DNA from: Planctomycetota bacterium
Lineage (GTDB): Bacteria; Planctomycetota; SZUA-567; H5-PLA8
Direction: 5' to 3'
DNA length: 15,332 nucleotides
Assembly (NCBI GenBank): GCA_045863855.1
Contig: BTVV01000139.1
Location: forward strand, 1 to 15,332
The notes under the pieces were generated by a model, which did not search any database, had not been told where the DNA came from, and saw only the letters and a list, made by a program, of their open reading frames with translations. Shown here in pieces: positions 1 through 8,469 of the stretch; within the stretch, counting starts at the first letter, position 1, and each line of letters starts with the position of its first letter. Both the position numbers and the translations under genes were made by a program.

Positions 1-23
1 TGCCATTTCATTCTCAAGGGCTT

Positions 24-437
24 ATGTCCGTAGCCTTGGCCCTGTGCCTCTCGCTTCAGATGGGCTATTTGCCCATACACGTGCTCGTGTCGCCTCACCA
101 CCACGACCCAATCCTGACGCATTCCCATGACGACTCTAGTTCTCATGCGGGCCACCACCATGGCCTGCAAGGTGAACACCATGAGGATAAGGGCGATGCT
201 GGGTCTTCAGATCCCATCAAGGAAGACGGCCACCATTCCGGCCATGGTCACACCTGTTTAAGGCCAACGACGCAAGCGCACGCGGCGTTTTTCGCGGTTG
301 TATTGCCTAGCGAAGTCCCTTTTGAAGTCGTGGTGCAGGACCAGGAAGTGCAAACGCTTCCTGATTGGATCGGGCACCTCAAGTTCCGGCTCCTGGCAGG
401 CTGTAGCTCATCCCCACGCGCCCCTCCTGTCGTCTGA
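24..437 (+). CDS. His-rich exported leader protein with C-terminal RAPP motif (candidate translation-arrest uORF, DUF2946/CruR/CutF-like architecture)
   Basis: Hydrophobic N-terminus (MSVALALCLSLQMGYLPIHVLV), 18 His mostly in a central tract, and C-terminus SSPRAPPVV* (RAPP codons 417-428). It lies directly upstream of the RND adaptor. The frame is open to the window edge (PFHSQGL), so the true start may be at or before position 0. Confidence 0.75.
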   Translation: MSVALALCLSLQMGYLPIHVLVSPHHHDPILTHSHDDSSSHAGHHHGLQGEHHEDKGDAGSSDPIKEDGHHSGHGHTCLRPTTQAHAAFFAVVLPSEVPFEVVVQDQEVQTLPDWIGHLKFRLLAGCSSSPRAPPVV

Positions 438-531
438 CCTATCGGTTCTCTGACCTGCTTCAACCCAATTCGTTTTGAATGCCATGGGCGACCATGGCTA
501 TGCACGGTCAACTCTCAAGGGGGTAGTTATG
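435..531 (+). promoter_or_regulatory. Predicted SD-sequestering mRNA structure between the leader stop and the adaptor start
   Basis: Nested pairings by eye: CTATC 439-443/GGTAG 522-526; TTCT 446-449/AGGG 518-521; TGACCTGC 451-458/GCA(C)GGTCA 502-510; inner hairpin GCCATGG-GCGA-CCATGGC 481-498 with a GNRA loop. The SD is AAGGGGG at 517-523. Confidence 0.5.
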
Positions 532-2211
532 TGCCGTTCGCGTGAATATCTGATGTTCTGTTTCCTGGCCGTGGGCTCGTTCGCCATGCTCTTCGGGTGT
601 GGTTCCCAAGCGCCTGACCAGCCGCGCACCCAGGCCGGTGAGGTCCAGGAACAGGAAGAGCCCAAGACCGCCCAGATCACGGTTTGGGGCAAGCGGTACG
701 AACTCTTCATCGAGCACCGCTACATCGTAGCCGGAACACCGACACGATTTATCACCCACGTAACCGACATGCAGAATCTGGAGCCTCGTCAGCGGGGCAC
801 GCTCACTTTCGTCATGCAGGGGCCCGGCGGAGAGACCCAGGAGCATCCTTGCCAGAACCCCGATCGTGCGGGCATTTACATTCCCAGCATTGCGTTCCCC
901 AAGGCCGGTGCCTGGAAGGTGTCGCTGCGCATTCCGCCCGTCGAAGGTCCGGAAGTGATTGAGGAGATCGGAACCTTAACCGTTTACCCCAGCCAAGCAG
1001 CGGCCGATGAGGCCCCCGAGCAAGAAGCCCCTGAAGGCATCTCGTTCTTGAAGGAACAGCAATGGAAGATCCTGGCGGGCACCGAGCCGGTTACCAAGCG
1101 CCGGATGATCGAGCGCATCCGCCTGGCCGGATTCGTGGCGCTCAAGCCCGGAACCAAGGGGGTCGTGACTCCGCCCTTCTCGGGCCGTCTGGAAGCGCCA
1201 GCAGGCAAGCCACTGCCGATGCTCGGCGACAAGGTCGATGCCGGACAGGTGATCGCGGTGGTTCATCCGCCGGTCGCCGGCTCCGATCTGCTCGCGTTCC
1301 ACGGAAACCAGGTCCAGATCAAGGCGCTCGAAACCGAGTTCGCGGTAAAAGGCGCCGAGATCGAATCAAACGCCATCCGAGAGCGCGTGGCCTTCGAACA
1401 AGCGCAGGCGATCCTCGTCCGGGTAAAGAAGCTCTTCGAGGAACAGGCCAAATCGAAACGCGAACTGGAAGAGGCGGAATTCGCAGTCCGGGCCGCACAG
1501 GCCAGCATGGATGCTGCAGCCGCCATGAAGAAAGCATACGAGGACGCCAAGGTTCGCATGTCCGCCTTGCCCGAGAGCTCCGATCCGCGCAAAGGCTACC
1601 CACCGGTCGAACTGAAAGCTCCGATTTCCGGGACCATTACCGAAATCAACGCCGTGCTCGGCGAACATGTTTCGGCCGACCGAGCGCTGTTCGTCATCTT
1701 GGACCCTTCGACCGTTCTGGTCGAGGCGCGCATCTCCGAGTCCGACCTGAGCCGTACCGCGAGCGGCTTGGGCGCCTATTTCGAGGTACCCGGCAAGAAA
1801 GGCGAACCCATCGCGCTGACGGGAGAGGGCGCCGGACGCCTGCTCATGGCCGGACAGGAGATCGACCCTACAACCCGAACCGCGCGCTTGGTGTACGAGG
1901 CGCGGAATAAGGACGGCCTGCTCAAAATCGGCTTGGCCGTGCCGGTTTTTCTGGAGACCGCCCACGCGGAAGAGGCCATTGCGATCCCCGCTTCGGCGCT
2001 CGTGGACGAAGACGGCCGGCCGGTGGTCTACGTCATGCTAGGCGGGGAGGCGTTCGAAAAGCGGGAGCTTACGCTCGGCATTCGAGATGGAGGAATGGTG
2101 CAGGTGCTTTCCGGCCTGGAGGCCGGCGAGCGGGTCGTCACGAAGGGCGCCTATACAGTGCGGCTGGCATCGGTTTCCACGGTCATCCCCGCACACGGCC
2201 ACGGACACTAG
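529..2211 (+). CDS. Efflux RND periplasmic adaptor (CzcB/CusB-like MFP), lipoprotein with an extra N-terminal domain
   Basis: ATG 529 follows SD AAGGGGG (preferred over the ORF-track start at 475). Lipobox LFG-C, lipoyl-like halves (PPFSGRL...LGDKVDAGQVIA; LKAPISGTI...GEHV), coiled hairpin, C-terminal VLSGLEAGERVVTKGAY and an AHGHGH tail. Confidence 0.93.
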   Translation: MCRSREYLMFCFLAVGSFAMLFGCGSQAPDQPRTQAGEVQEQEEPKTAQITVWGKRYELFIEHRYIVAGTPTRFITHVTDMQNLEPRQRGTLTFVMQGPGGETQEHPCQNPDRAGIYIPSIAFPKAGAWKVSLRIPPVEGPEVIEEIGTLTVYPSQAAADEAPEQEAPEGISFLKEQQWKILAGTEPVTKRRMIERIRLAGFVALKPGTKGVVTPPFSGRLEAPAGKPLPMLGDKVDAGQVIAVVHPPVAGSDLLAFHGNQVQIKALETEFAVKGAEIESNAIRERVAFEQAQAILVRVKKLFEEQAKSKRELEEAEFAVRAAQASMDAAAAMKKAYEDAKVRMSALPESSDPRKGYPPVELKAPISGTITEINAVLGEHVSADRALFVILDPSTVLVEARISESDLSRTASGLGAYFEVPGKKGEPIALTGEGAGRLLMAGQEIDPTTRTARLVYEARNKDGLLKIGLAVPVFLETAHAEEAIAIPASALVDEDGRPVVYVMLGGEAFEKRELTLGIRDGGMVQVLSGLEAGERVVTKGAYTVRLASVSTVIPAHGHGH

Positions 2212-2220
2212 GAGCCCACG

Positions 2221-5200
2221 ATGATTGACTTTCTGATTCGATGGTCGCTCCACAACCGGGCGGCCGTCCTGCTTATGGCTACACTACTGTGCGCGGTGGG
2301 GGGATACCTCGCCACGCGCATGCCCATCGACGTGTTCCCGGACCTTACCGCGCCAACTGTGACGGTCATCACGGAAGCGCACGGCATGGATCCCACGGAA
2401 GTGGAGAGCCAAGTCACATTCCCCATCGAGGCGGCCCTGAACGGTTCGCCCGGCGTCCGCCGCGTACGTTCATCCACGGCGGTGGGCATCTCGGTGGTAT
2501 GGGTCGAGTTCGAGTGGGGCGCGGACATTTACCTGGCCCGGCAGGTCGTCAGCGAAAAACTGGCCTTGGTGACCGGCGATCTGCCGCCCGATGTCGAGCG
2601 GCCGATTCTCGCGCCCATTTCGTCGATCATGGGCGAGGTCATGTTCCTTTCGCTCACTTCGGAACACCATACGCCCATCGAGTTGCGCACGACCGCCGAT
2701 TCCGTCATTCGGCGCAGGCTGCTTTCCGTGCCCGGTGTCGCCCAAGTAACGCCCATTGGCGGCGGCGAGAAGCAATATCAGGTCGTGCTCTCTCCCGAGA
2801 AGCTGAACATCTACGGTCTTTCGATCAGCCAGGTCAGCGCGGCTTTGAGCGCTTCCAACGAGAATGTGTCCACCGGGTTCATGGTGGAGGGCGGTTCGGA
2901 ATACCTCGTCAAGGGCCTGGGACGGTACCAGAACCTGAACGACATTGCACAGACCGTCGTTACCTCCGTGGACGGAGTACCCATCAAGGTTTCGGATCTG
3001 GGATCGGTTCAAATTGGTGAAGCGCCGAAGCGGGGCGAAGGTTCCGCGATGGGAAAGCCCGCCGTGATCATCGGCATTCAGAAGCAGCCGGGCGCCAATA
3101 CCCTGACCTTGACGCGAGAGCTGGATACGGTCATGGACGATCTCTCGGCCAAGCTGCCGCAAGGCATGAAGATCAACAAGCATCTCTTTCGCCAGGCGGA
3201 CTTCATTCAAGTGGCGGTCAACAACGTCGTTCACGCGCTTCGGGACGGCGGTATCCTGGTCATTATTATCGTCCTGGTCTTTCTGGCCAACCTGCGCGCC
3301 ACCTTGATCACGCTGACCGCGATTCCGCTTTCGCTCGTTTCGGCCATACTCGTGCTTTGGGCCTTCGATGCGACCATCAACACGATGACCTTAGGCGGCA
3401 TGGCTATCGCCATTGGCGCGTTGGTGGACGACGCCATTATTGACGTGGAGAACGTATTCCGGCGTTTGAGAGAGAATGCGGCGATCTCAGAGCACCAGCG
3501 CAGGCCGACGCTATCCGTTGTATTGGACGCCAGCATCGAGATTCGATCGTCCATCGTCTTCGCAACGGTCATTATCGTGCTGGTGTTCACGCCCCTGTTT
3601 TTCCTCTCGGGCGTGGAAGGCCGACTCTTGCGCCCGCTGGGTGTGGCGTATGTCGTCTCGCTCGCCGCTTCGCTCTTCGTCGCGGTTACCGTCACCCCGG
3701 CGCTCTGTCATTTACTCCTGCCCAACAGCAAGGGCGTCCGCACAGGTCACGAGCCCCTGCTCGTGAGATGGTTGAAGGCAGGCTACGGCAAGATGCTGAA
3801 ACCGATCCTGACGCGCTGGTGGCTGGTTACCCTGCCCAGCGTCCTGCTGCTGGCCGGAGCGGTATTCGCTTCGACCAAACTCGGCTTCGCGTTCCTGCCG
3901 GAATTCAACGAGGGCAGCTTGACCATCGCGGTGGTCACGCTGCCTGGAACCTCGCTGGCAGAGTCCAACGAACTGGGCCGGATCGTGGAACAGACGCTGA
4001 TGCAGCACCCCGAGGTCGTGGCGATGGCTCGGCGCACGGGACGGGCTGAGCTAGACGAGCACGCCCAGGGGGTCGAGGCCGCGGAATTGGAAGTCTCCCT
4101 GTCCATGAAGGAACGGAGCAAGGAGGTATTCCTGGATGCGCTGCGGCAGGATCTCTCCCAGGTGCCCGGCGTCAACATCACCATCGGCCAGCCTATCTCT
4201 CACCGCATTGACCACATGCTCTCGGGAACCCGCGCCAGCGTCGCCATTAAGATCTTCGGCGAAGACCTGTATCGGTTGCGCAAGCTGGCCGAGAAGGCGC
4301 GCCAGGAGATCAGTACCGTTCCCGGCGTGGTGGACTTGTCGGTGGAGCAGCAAATGGACATCCCTATTCTGAAGACCAACATGGATCGTGCGGCCATGGC
4401 GCACCACGGATTGCAGGTACAGGATGTCGCGCACACCCTGGAAGCGGGGTTACAGGGATCCACGGTCTCTCGCGTCATCGAGGGCCGGAACTCGTTTGAT
4501 CTGGTGGTGAAGGTGGCCGGCACCGAGGCCTGGACCACGGATACGCTCGGCGACCTTCCCATTCATACGCCCCAGGGGTACAAGGTGGCCTTGCGGTCCG
4601 TGGCGGACATCCGCAAGGACGCCGGACCGAACACGATCAGCCGCGAGCAGGTGGAGCGGAAGATCGTTATCAGTTGTAATGTTGCCGGCCGTGACGTGAC
4701 CTCGGTCGTGCAAGACATCCGTTCTCGCGTGGACCCCATCCTAGCGGAAGAACCGGGGTACAGCGTGGAGTACGGCGGTCAGTTCGAAAGCGCCACCGAA
4801 GCAGGCCGGGTGCTTGTGATACTGGGCATTGCGGTCATCCTGGCGATCGGTCTGGTCTTGCATCTGGCCTTCGGTTCCGCGCGAGACGCATTCCTGATCA
4901 TGCTCAATCTGCCCTTGGCGCTAATCGGCGGGATTCTGGGCGTATTCGTTTCGGGCGGCGTATTGTCCGTGGCCTCCATGATCGGCTTCATCACCGTGTT
5001 CGGCATCGCCGCGCGAAATGGGATCATGCTGGTTTCTCATATCCGGCACCTCCAAGAACACGAGGGGGTGACCGATTTCCAGGAAGCCGTCTATCGCGGC
5101 TCCCTGGAGCGTCTGGCGCCGATTCTGATGACGGCGCTGGCCGCGGGTTTGGCGCTGATTCCGCTGGCGCTTGGCGGCGGCAAGCCGGGTAATGAAATTC

Positions 5201-5313
5201 AGACGCCCATGGCCATCGTCATCTTATTCGGCCTGCTCTCGTCCATGCTGCTGAACATGATCGTCGTGCCCGCGCTGTATTTGCGATTTGGAAAGCCCAG
5301 CGCCGGCAACTGA
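2221..5313 (+). CDS. Heavy-metal efflux RND permease (CzcA/CusA family), 1030 aa
   Basis: MPIDVFPDLTAPTVTVITEA start, NTMTLGGMAIAIGALVDDAIIDVEN in TM4, FLPEFNEG, ERLAPILMTAL and GNEIQTPMAIVILFGL. SD AGGAG at 2210-2214. Confidence 0.96.
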   Translation: MIDFLIRWSLHNRAAVLLMATLLCAVGGYLATRMPIDVFPDLTAPTVTVITEAHGMDPTEVESQVTFPIEAALNGSPGVRRVRSSTAVGISVVWVEFEWGADIYLARQVVSEKLALVTGDLPPDVERPILAPISSIMGEVMFLSLTSEHHTPIELRTTADSVIRRRLLSVPGVAQVTPIGGGEKQYQVVLSPEKLNIYGLSISQVSAALSASNENVSTGFMVEGGSEYLVKGLGRYQNLNDIAQTVVTSVDGVPIKVSDLGSVQIGEAPKRGEGSAMGKPAVIIGIQKQPGANTLTLTRELDTVMDDLSAKLPQGMKINKHLFRQADFIQVAVNNVVHALRDGGILVIIIVLVFLANLRATLITLTAIPLSLVSAILVLWAFDATINTMTLGGMAIAIGALVDDAIIDVENVFRRLRENAAISEHQRRPTLSVVLDASIEIRSSIVFATVIIVLVFTPLFFLSGVEGRLLRPLGVAYVVSLAASLFVAVTVTPALCHLLLPNSKGVRTGHEPLLVRWLKAGYGKMLKPILTRWWLVTLPSVLLLAGAVFASTKLGFAFLPEFNEGSLTIAVVTLPGTSLAESNELGRIVEQTLMQHPEVVAMARRTGRAELDEHAQGVEAAELEVSLSMKERSKEVFLDALRQDLSQVPGVNITIGQPISHRIDHMLSGTRASVAIKIFGEDLYRLRKLAEKARQEISTVPGVVDLSVEQQMDIPILKTNMDRAAMAHHGLQVQDVAHTLEAGLQGSTVSRVIEGRNSFDLVVKVAGTEAWTTDTLGDLPIHTPQGYKVALRSVADIRKDAGPNTISREQVERKIVISCNVAGRDVTSVVQDIRSRVDPILAEEPGYSVEYGGQFESATEAGRVLVILGIAVILAIGLVLHLAFGSARDAFLIMLNLPLALIGGILGVFVSGGVLSVASMIGFITVFGIAARNGIMLVSHIRHLQEHEGVTDFQEAVYRGSLERLAPILMTALAAGLALIPLALGGGKPGNEIQTPMAIVILFGLLSSMLLNMIVVPALYLRFGKPSAGN

Positions 5314-5333
5314 ATGATGTGGGGGGATGGGAA

Positions 5334-6677
5334 ATGCGAAACTGCTTGGTAATGGCCCTGGCGGCCATACTGGTCGGATTTGGCCTGAGTGCTTCGGAAG
5401 CAGAGGCTGAGTTCGAACCCTGGCCGGAAGACGATCCGACCGAGGTGGTGGCCGAATCCGAACTCAAAGGCGACCTCGAAGGGGCAGGCACTGCCGCGGA
5501 GGACGCCATCGTCCCGCTAGTAGGCTTGACTCTTGAGCAGGCGACAGAGTGGGCCGCCCAGAGCCACCCGGAGCAGGCGTTTTGGCGAGCCGCGGTAGAG
5601 GGAATCGACGCGCGCGCCAATCAAGCCGGGAAGATGCCGAACCCGGAATTCAGCGCCAGGATGGAGACCGTGCCCCTGCATCGCGGCAACGTGGGCGATT
5701 CGGAATTCCTGGCCGGCGTTTCGCAGGAGATACCCACGGCCGGCAAACTCTCCAAGGCGCGCCGCGTCGCGCAGGCAGACCGCACGAGGATCGAATACGA
5801 GCAGGCGGCGGGATGGGTGGAGATTCGCAAGCGGGTGCATGGGGCCTTCGCGGTCGCGTTATACAACGACCAACTCTGTGCGCTTCTGGCCGCTGCGGTT
5901 GAGGTTACCGAGCGAAATCTGGCCATCGCGAAGAGCAAGGTGGATGCCGGCGAAGCCGTGCCCGACGAAGTGGCTCGCGCCGAAATGGAGCGGGCACGGG
6001 CACGGCTTGACCTGGAACGCGCTTCTACGCTCAAAGCCAAGGCGTTGGTGGAACTGGCTGCCGCTATGGGACTATCCGGCAAGGAGATCGAGTCGGTTGC
6101 CGGTGCGATCGAAGCGGCGCTGGAATTGCCTGTCCTTGAGGAGCTGGCGGCCGACCTGGAGCGGCACCCACGTATCCTGGCCGCGGCGGCGGAAGTGGCC
6201 GCTCAGCATGCACGGGTGGACTACGCAAAGGCACAACGTATCCCGAATGTGAACGTGGACCTGCTGTATCGCCGCGTAGGAAGCGAACGGCTGAATGCGC
6301 TGGATGCCGGGTTCAGCATCTCCATACCGCTGTTTGACGGCGGCAAGGCCCGGGTTGCCGAAGCCGAGGCGGATCGGCGCGCCGCCGAAGCCAAGGGCCG
6401 CGCGGAGCGAATCGCGCTGGAAGGCGAGTTGCGAAGCGCGCACTTGCAGCTCATGCGCGCCCTTCAGACGGCCAAGTTGATCACGGAAGAGATCGTGCCC
6501 AGGTCGCAGAGCCTGTTGCAGACGGCGGAGGCGCGCTATAAGGCTGGAGATGCGAGCTTGGACCAGATTCTACCGATACGTCGCGACGCGACGGCTTCGA
6601 AGCTCTCGCACCTTGAAGCATTGCGGGATGTCCTAAGCGCTTGGGTGGAGTTGAGGCCTTTCGTGGACAAACGCTGA
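5334..6677 (+). CDS. TolC-family outer membrane factor (CzcC-like)
   Basis: ATG 5334 after GGGGGGA (ORF track starts at GTG 5319). Signal peptide, AGKMPNPEF, VSQEIPTAGK, ERHPRILAA, AQRIPNVNV, FSISIPLFD and ARYKAGDA outer-membrane-efflux motifs. Confidence 0.92.
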   Translation: MRNCLVMALAAILVGFGLSASEAEAEFEPWPEDDPTEVVAESELKGDLEGAGTAAEDAIVPLVGLTLEQATEWAAQSHPEQAFWRAAVEGIDARANQAGKMPNPEFSARMETVPLHRGNVGDSEFLAGVSQEIPTAGKLSKARRVAQADRTRIEYEQAAGWVEIRKRVHGAFAVALYNDQLCALLAAAVEVTERNLAIAKSKVDAGEAVPDEVARAEMERARARLDLERASTLKAKALVELAAAMGLSGKEIESVAGAIEAALELPVLEELAADLERHPRILAAAAEVAAQHARVDYAKAQRIPNVNVDLLYRRVGSERLNALDAGFSISIPLFDGGKARVAEAEADRRAAEAKGRAERIALEGELRSAHLQLMRALQTAKLITEEIVPRSQSLLQTAEARYKAGDASLDQILPIRRDATASKLSHLEALRDVLSAWVELRPFVDKR

Positions 6678-6678
6678 A

Positions 6679-7113
6679 GCGGCGCTTGTTCTGGTCAAGT
6701 CGTCGCCCTATCGGGATGCCGGCGAACCGCATCGCATGCTGACCGGAACACTGGCTGCGATCCTGACGAGGTGGGTCACCTTCGTGCCCTGCTTCTTCTG
6801 GATCGTTCTGGGAGCCCCCTACGTGGAGGCCCTTCGCGGAAACCGTCACCTCACGTCGGCGCTCTCTGCGATCACGGCCGCCGTCGTTGGCGTCATTCTG
6901 AACTTCGCGGTCTGGTTTGCGATCCACACCGGATTCGGAACCGTGAACGAAGAAACCTTCGGTCCCGTTCGATTACCTATACGCGATTGGTCTACCTGGA
7001 AACCCGTACCGTCCATCCTTGCTGTGGCGGCCATGCTGCGGTTCCACCTGGGCTTGATCAAGACCCACGTGGCCTGAGGCTTATTGGGCATGCTCGCCTA
7101 TTTCCTGCTGTAG
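6679..7113 (+). pseudogene. chrA: 3' remnant of chromate efflux transporter ChrA
   Basis: YRDAG...GTLAAILTRWVTFVPCFFWIVLGAPYVEALRGNRHLTSALSAITAAVVGVILNFAVWFAIH matches the ChrA C-terminal half. The 5' part is absent. An in-frame TGA at 7075-7077 is followed by the hydrophobic tail GLLGMLAYFLL* ending at 7113. Confidence 0.85.
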
Positions 7114-7134
7114 AGACACCCCTTCGGCGGCTGC

Positions 7135-7167
7135 TTGCGTTCCGCCCCCATATACTATAGGGTAGTA
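7135..7167 (+). promoter_or_regulatory. Sigma70 promoter overlapped by an RcnR-type operator
   Basis: TTGCGT (7135-7140), 17 bp spacer, TAGGGT (7158-7163). The operator TACT-ATAGGGT-AGTA (7153-7167) fits the RcnR TACT-N7(G-rich)-AGTA layout and covers the -10 element. Confidence 0.8.
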
Positions 7168-7190
7168 CGCTATTAGACGAGGGGCCTTTC

Positions 7191-7469
7191 ATGTCTCATA
7201 CCATTCGTGATCAGAAGAAGCTGCTGGACCGGGTTCGCCGCATCAGGGGCCAGCTAGCCTCCGTGGAAAGGGATCTGGAGCAGGAGAAGGACTGTTACAA
7301 GATTCTGCAGACCGTGGCCGCTTGCCGAGGCGCCATCAACGGGCTCATGGCGGCGATCATCGAGGGACACATCGAACTCCACGTGCTCGACCCCAAGCAG
7401 AAGCCGACCAGGGCCCAGCAGGAAGCCGCGCACGAGCTGATTGAAGTGGTCAAGAGCTACCTCAAGTAA
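7191..7469 (+). CDS. rcnR: Ni/Co-sensing repressor RcnR (CsoR/RcnR/FrmR family)
   Basis: MSHTIRD start; His3, Cys35, His60 and His64 at the E. coli RcnR ligand positions; RGAINGLM; ends KSYLK. SD GAGGGG upstream. Confidence 0.93.
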   Translation: MSHTIRDQKKLLDRVRRIRGQLASVERDLEQEKDCYKILQTVAACRGAINGLMAAIIEGHIELHVLDPKQKPTRAQQEAAHELIEVVKSYLK

Positions 7470-7490
7470 TTCGACACGGAGATTCGGGCC

Positions 7491-8429
7491 ATGGACGTGA
7501 ACCTTTCATTTGTATACCTCCCGTCGGCGGTTGTTCTGGGTGCCATGCACGCGCTTGAGCCCGGTCACGCCAAGACCCTGACCGCCGCCTACCTGATTGG
7601 AATCAAGGGAACGAAGTGGGACGCCATTGTGCTTGGCCTCTCCGTGGCCATCACCCATAGCATCGTGGTCATCCTGCTTTCGGTGATGGGGGTCCTCATC
7701 GGCCGTGAGACCTTCTCCGACCATGCCCTGTACTGGCTGCAAATCGTGAGCGGCCTGGTCGTAGTGGGGTTGGGGTCCTGGATGCTGGTGAGGCGCCTAC
7801 GGCGCGGCCGTTCGTTCGGCCAGGCCACGCAAGGCGCGCCCGTCGAGCATACTCATGACCACGACGATCATGGCCGTGGTCACCAGCACCAGCATGGCCA
7901 CGAAGGCCATGATCACGGACATTCACACGACCATGAACATCCGCACGACCACGGACACTCCCATGACCACGGCCACTCGCACCAGCTTGTCCATGGGCAC
8001 GAACATCGTCAAGATCTGGCGCACGTCCTCGACCACAACGAGCTAAGTGACGACGAGCATGCCCGCGCACATGCGGCCGACCTGCCTGACTACGCTCGTC
8101 GCGGCGAACGTCCCACGCTGGGTCAGATCATCGCCTTTGGAGCAGCTGGCGGCATGATCCCTTGCCCCGCCTCCGTGACGGTGATGCTGCTGGCCTTGTC
8201 CGTGAGCCAAGCTGGGATGGGCCTGCTCCTGGTCCTGGGCTTCAGCACGGGTCTGGCGACCACTCTTGTCTTGGTCGGGTTGGCGGTGGTCGCTGGCCTC
8301 AGCAAACTGTCGTCCACGGGCCGCTTCGCCTGGGTAACGCGTCAAGCCCCCGCCATCAGCGCGGGCATGGTCATACTATCGGGGCTCTTTGCACTGTCCG
8401 TCGCGATGCTGGGGGGACATGTACATTAG
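7491..8429 (+). CDS. rcnA: Ni/Co efflux transporter RcnA (NiCoT-like)
   Basis: LGAMHALEPGHAKT motif, THS in TM2, a long His-rich loop ending DEHARAHAADL, and GGMIPCPAS. Lies directly after rcnR. Confidence 0.93.
   Translation: MDVNLSFVYLPSAVVLGAMHALEPGHAKTLTAAYLIGIKGTKWDAIVLGLSVAITHSIVVILLSVMGVLIGRETFSDHALYWLQIVSGLVVVGLGSWMLVRRLRRGRSFGQATQGAPVEHTHDHDDHGRGHQHQHGHEGHDHGHSHDHEHPHDHGHSHDHGHSHQLVHGHEHRQDLAHVLDHNELSDDEHARAHAADLPDYARRGERPTLGQIIAFGAAGGMIPCPASVTVMLLALSVSQAGMGLLLVLGFSTGLATTLVLVGLAVVAGLSKLSSTGRFAWVTRQAPAISAGMVILSGLFALSVAMLGGHVH
7848..8007 (+). repeat. Degenerate 18-bp (HDHGHS-type) coding repeats in the RcnA His loop
   Basis: HDHGHS-HDHEHP-HDHGHS-HDHGHS, flanked by further H-x-H runs. 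Confidence 0.75.
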
Positions 8430-8469
8430 CCGAAATGGATAGTTAGTGGCATCTCTGAACAGGTTCCCG

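Noticed and set aside
475..528. ORF-track start of adaptor 1 at 475
   Set aside because: No SD there. ATG 529 has an SD and gives a normal-length lipoprotein signal peptide.
1062..6480. Many overlapping alternative-frame and antisense ORFs (e.g. 1062-1910, 2241-3020, 2470-3234)
   Set aside because: Arg/Gly/Pro-rich shadow frames of GC-rich genes, with no recognisable motifs.
7848..8007. CRISPR-like array
   Set aside because: The repeats are degenerate in-frame His codons without spacers. No array, tRNA or rRNA was seen anywhere in the window.
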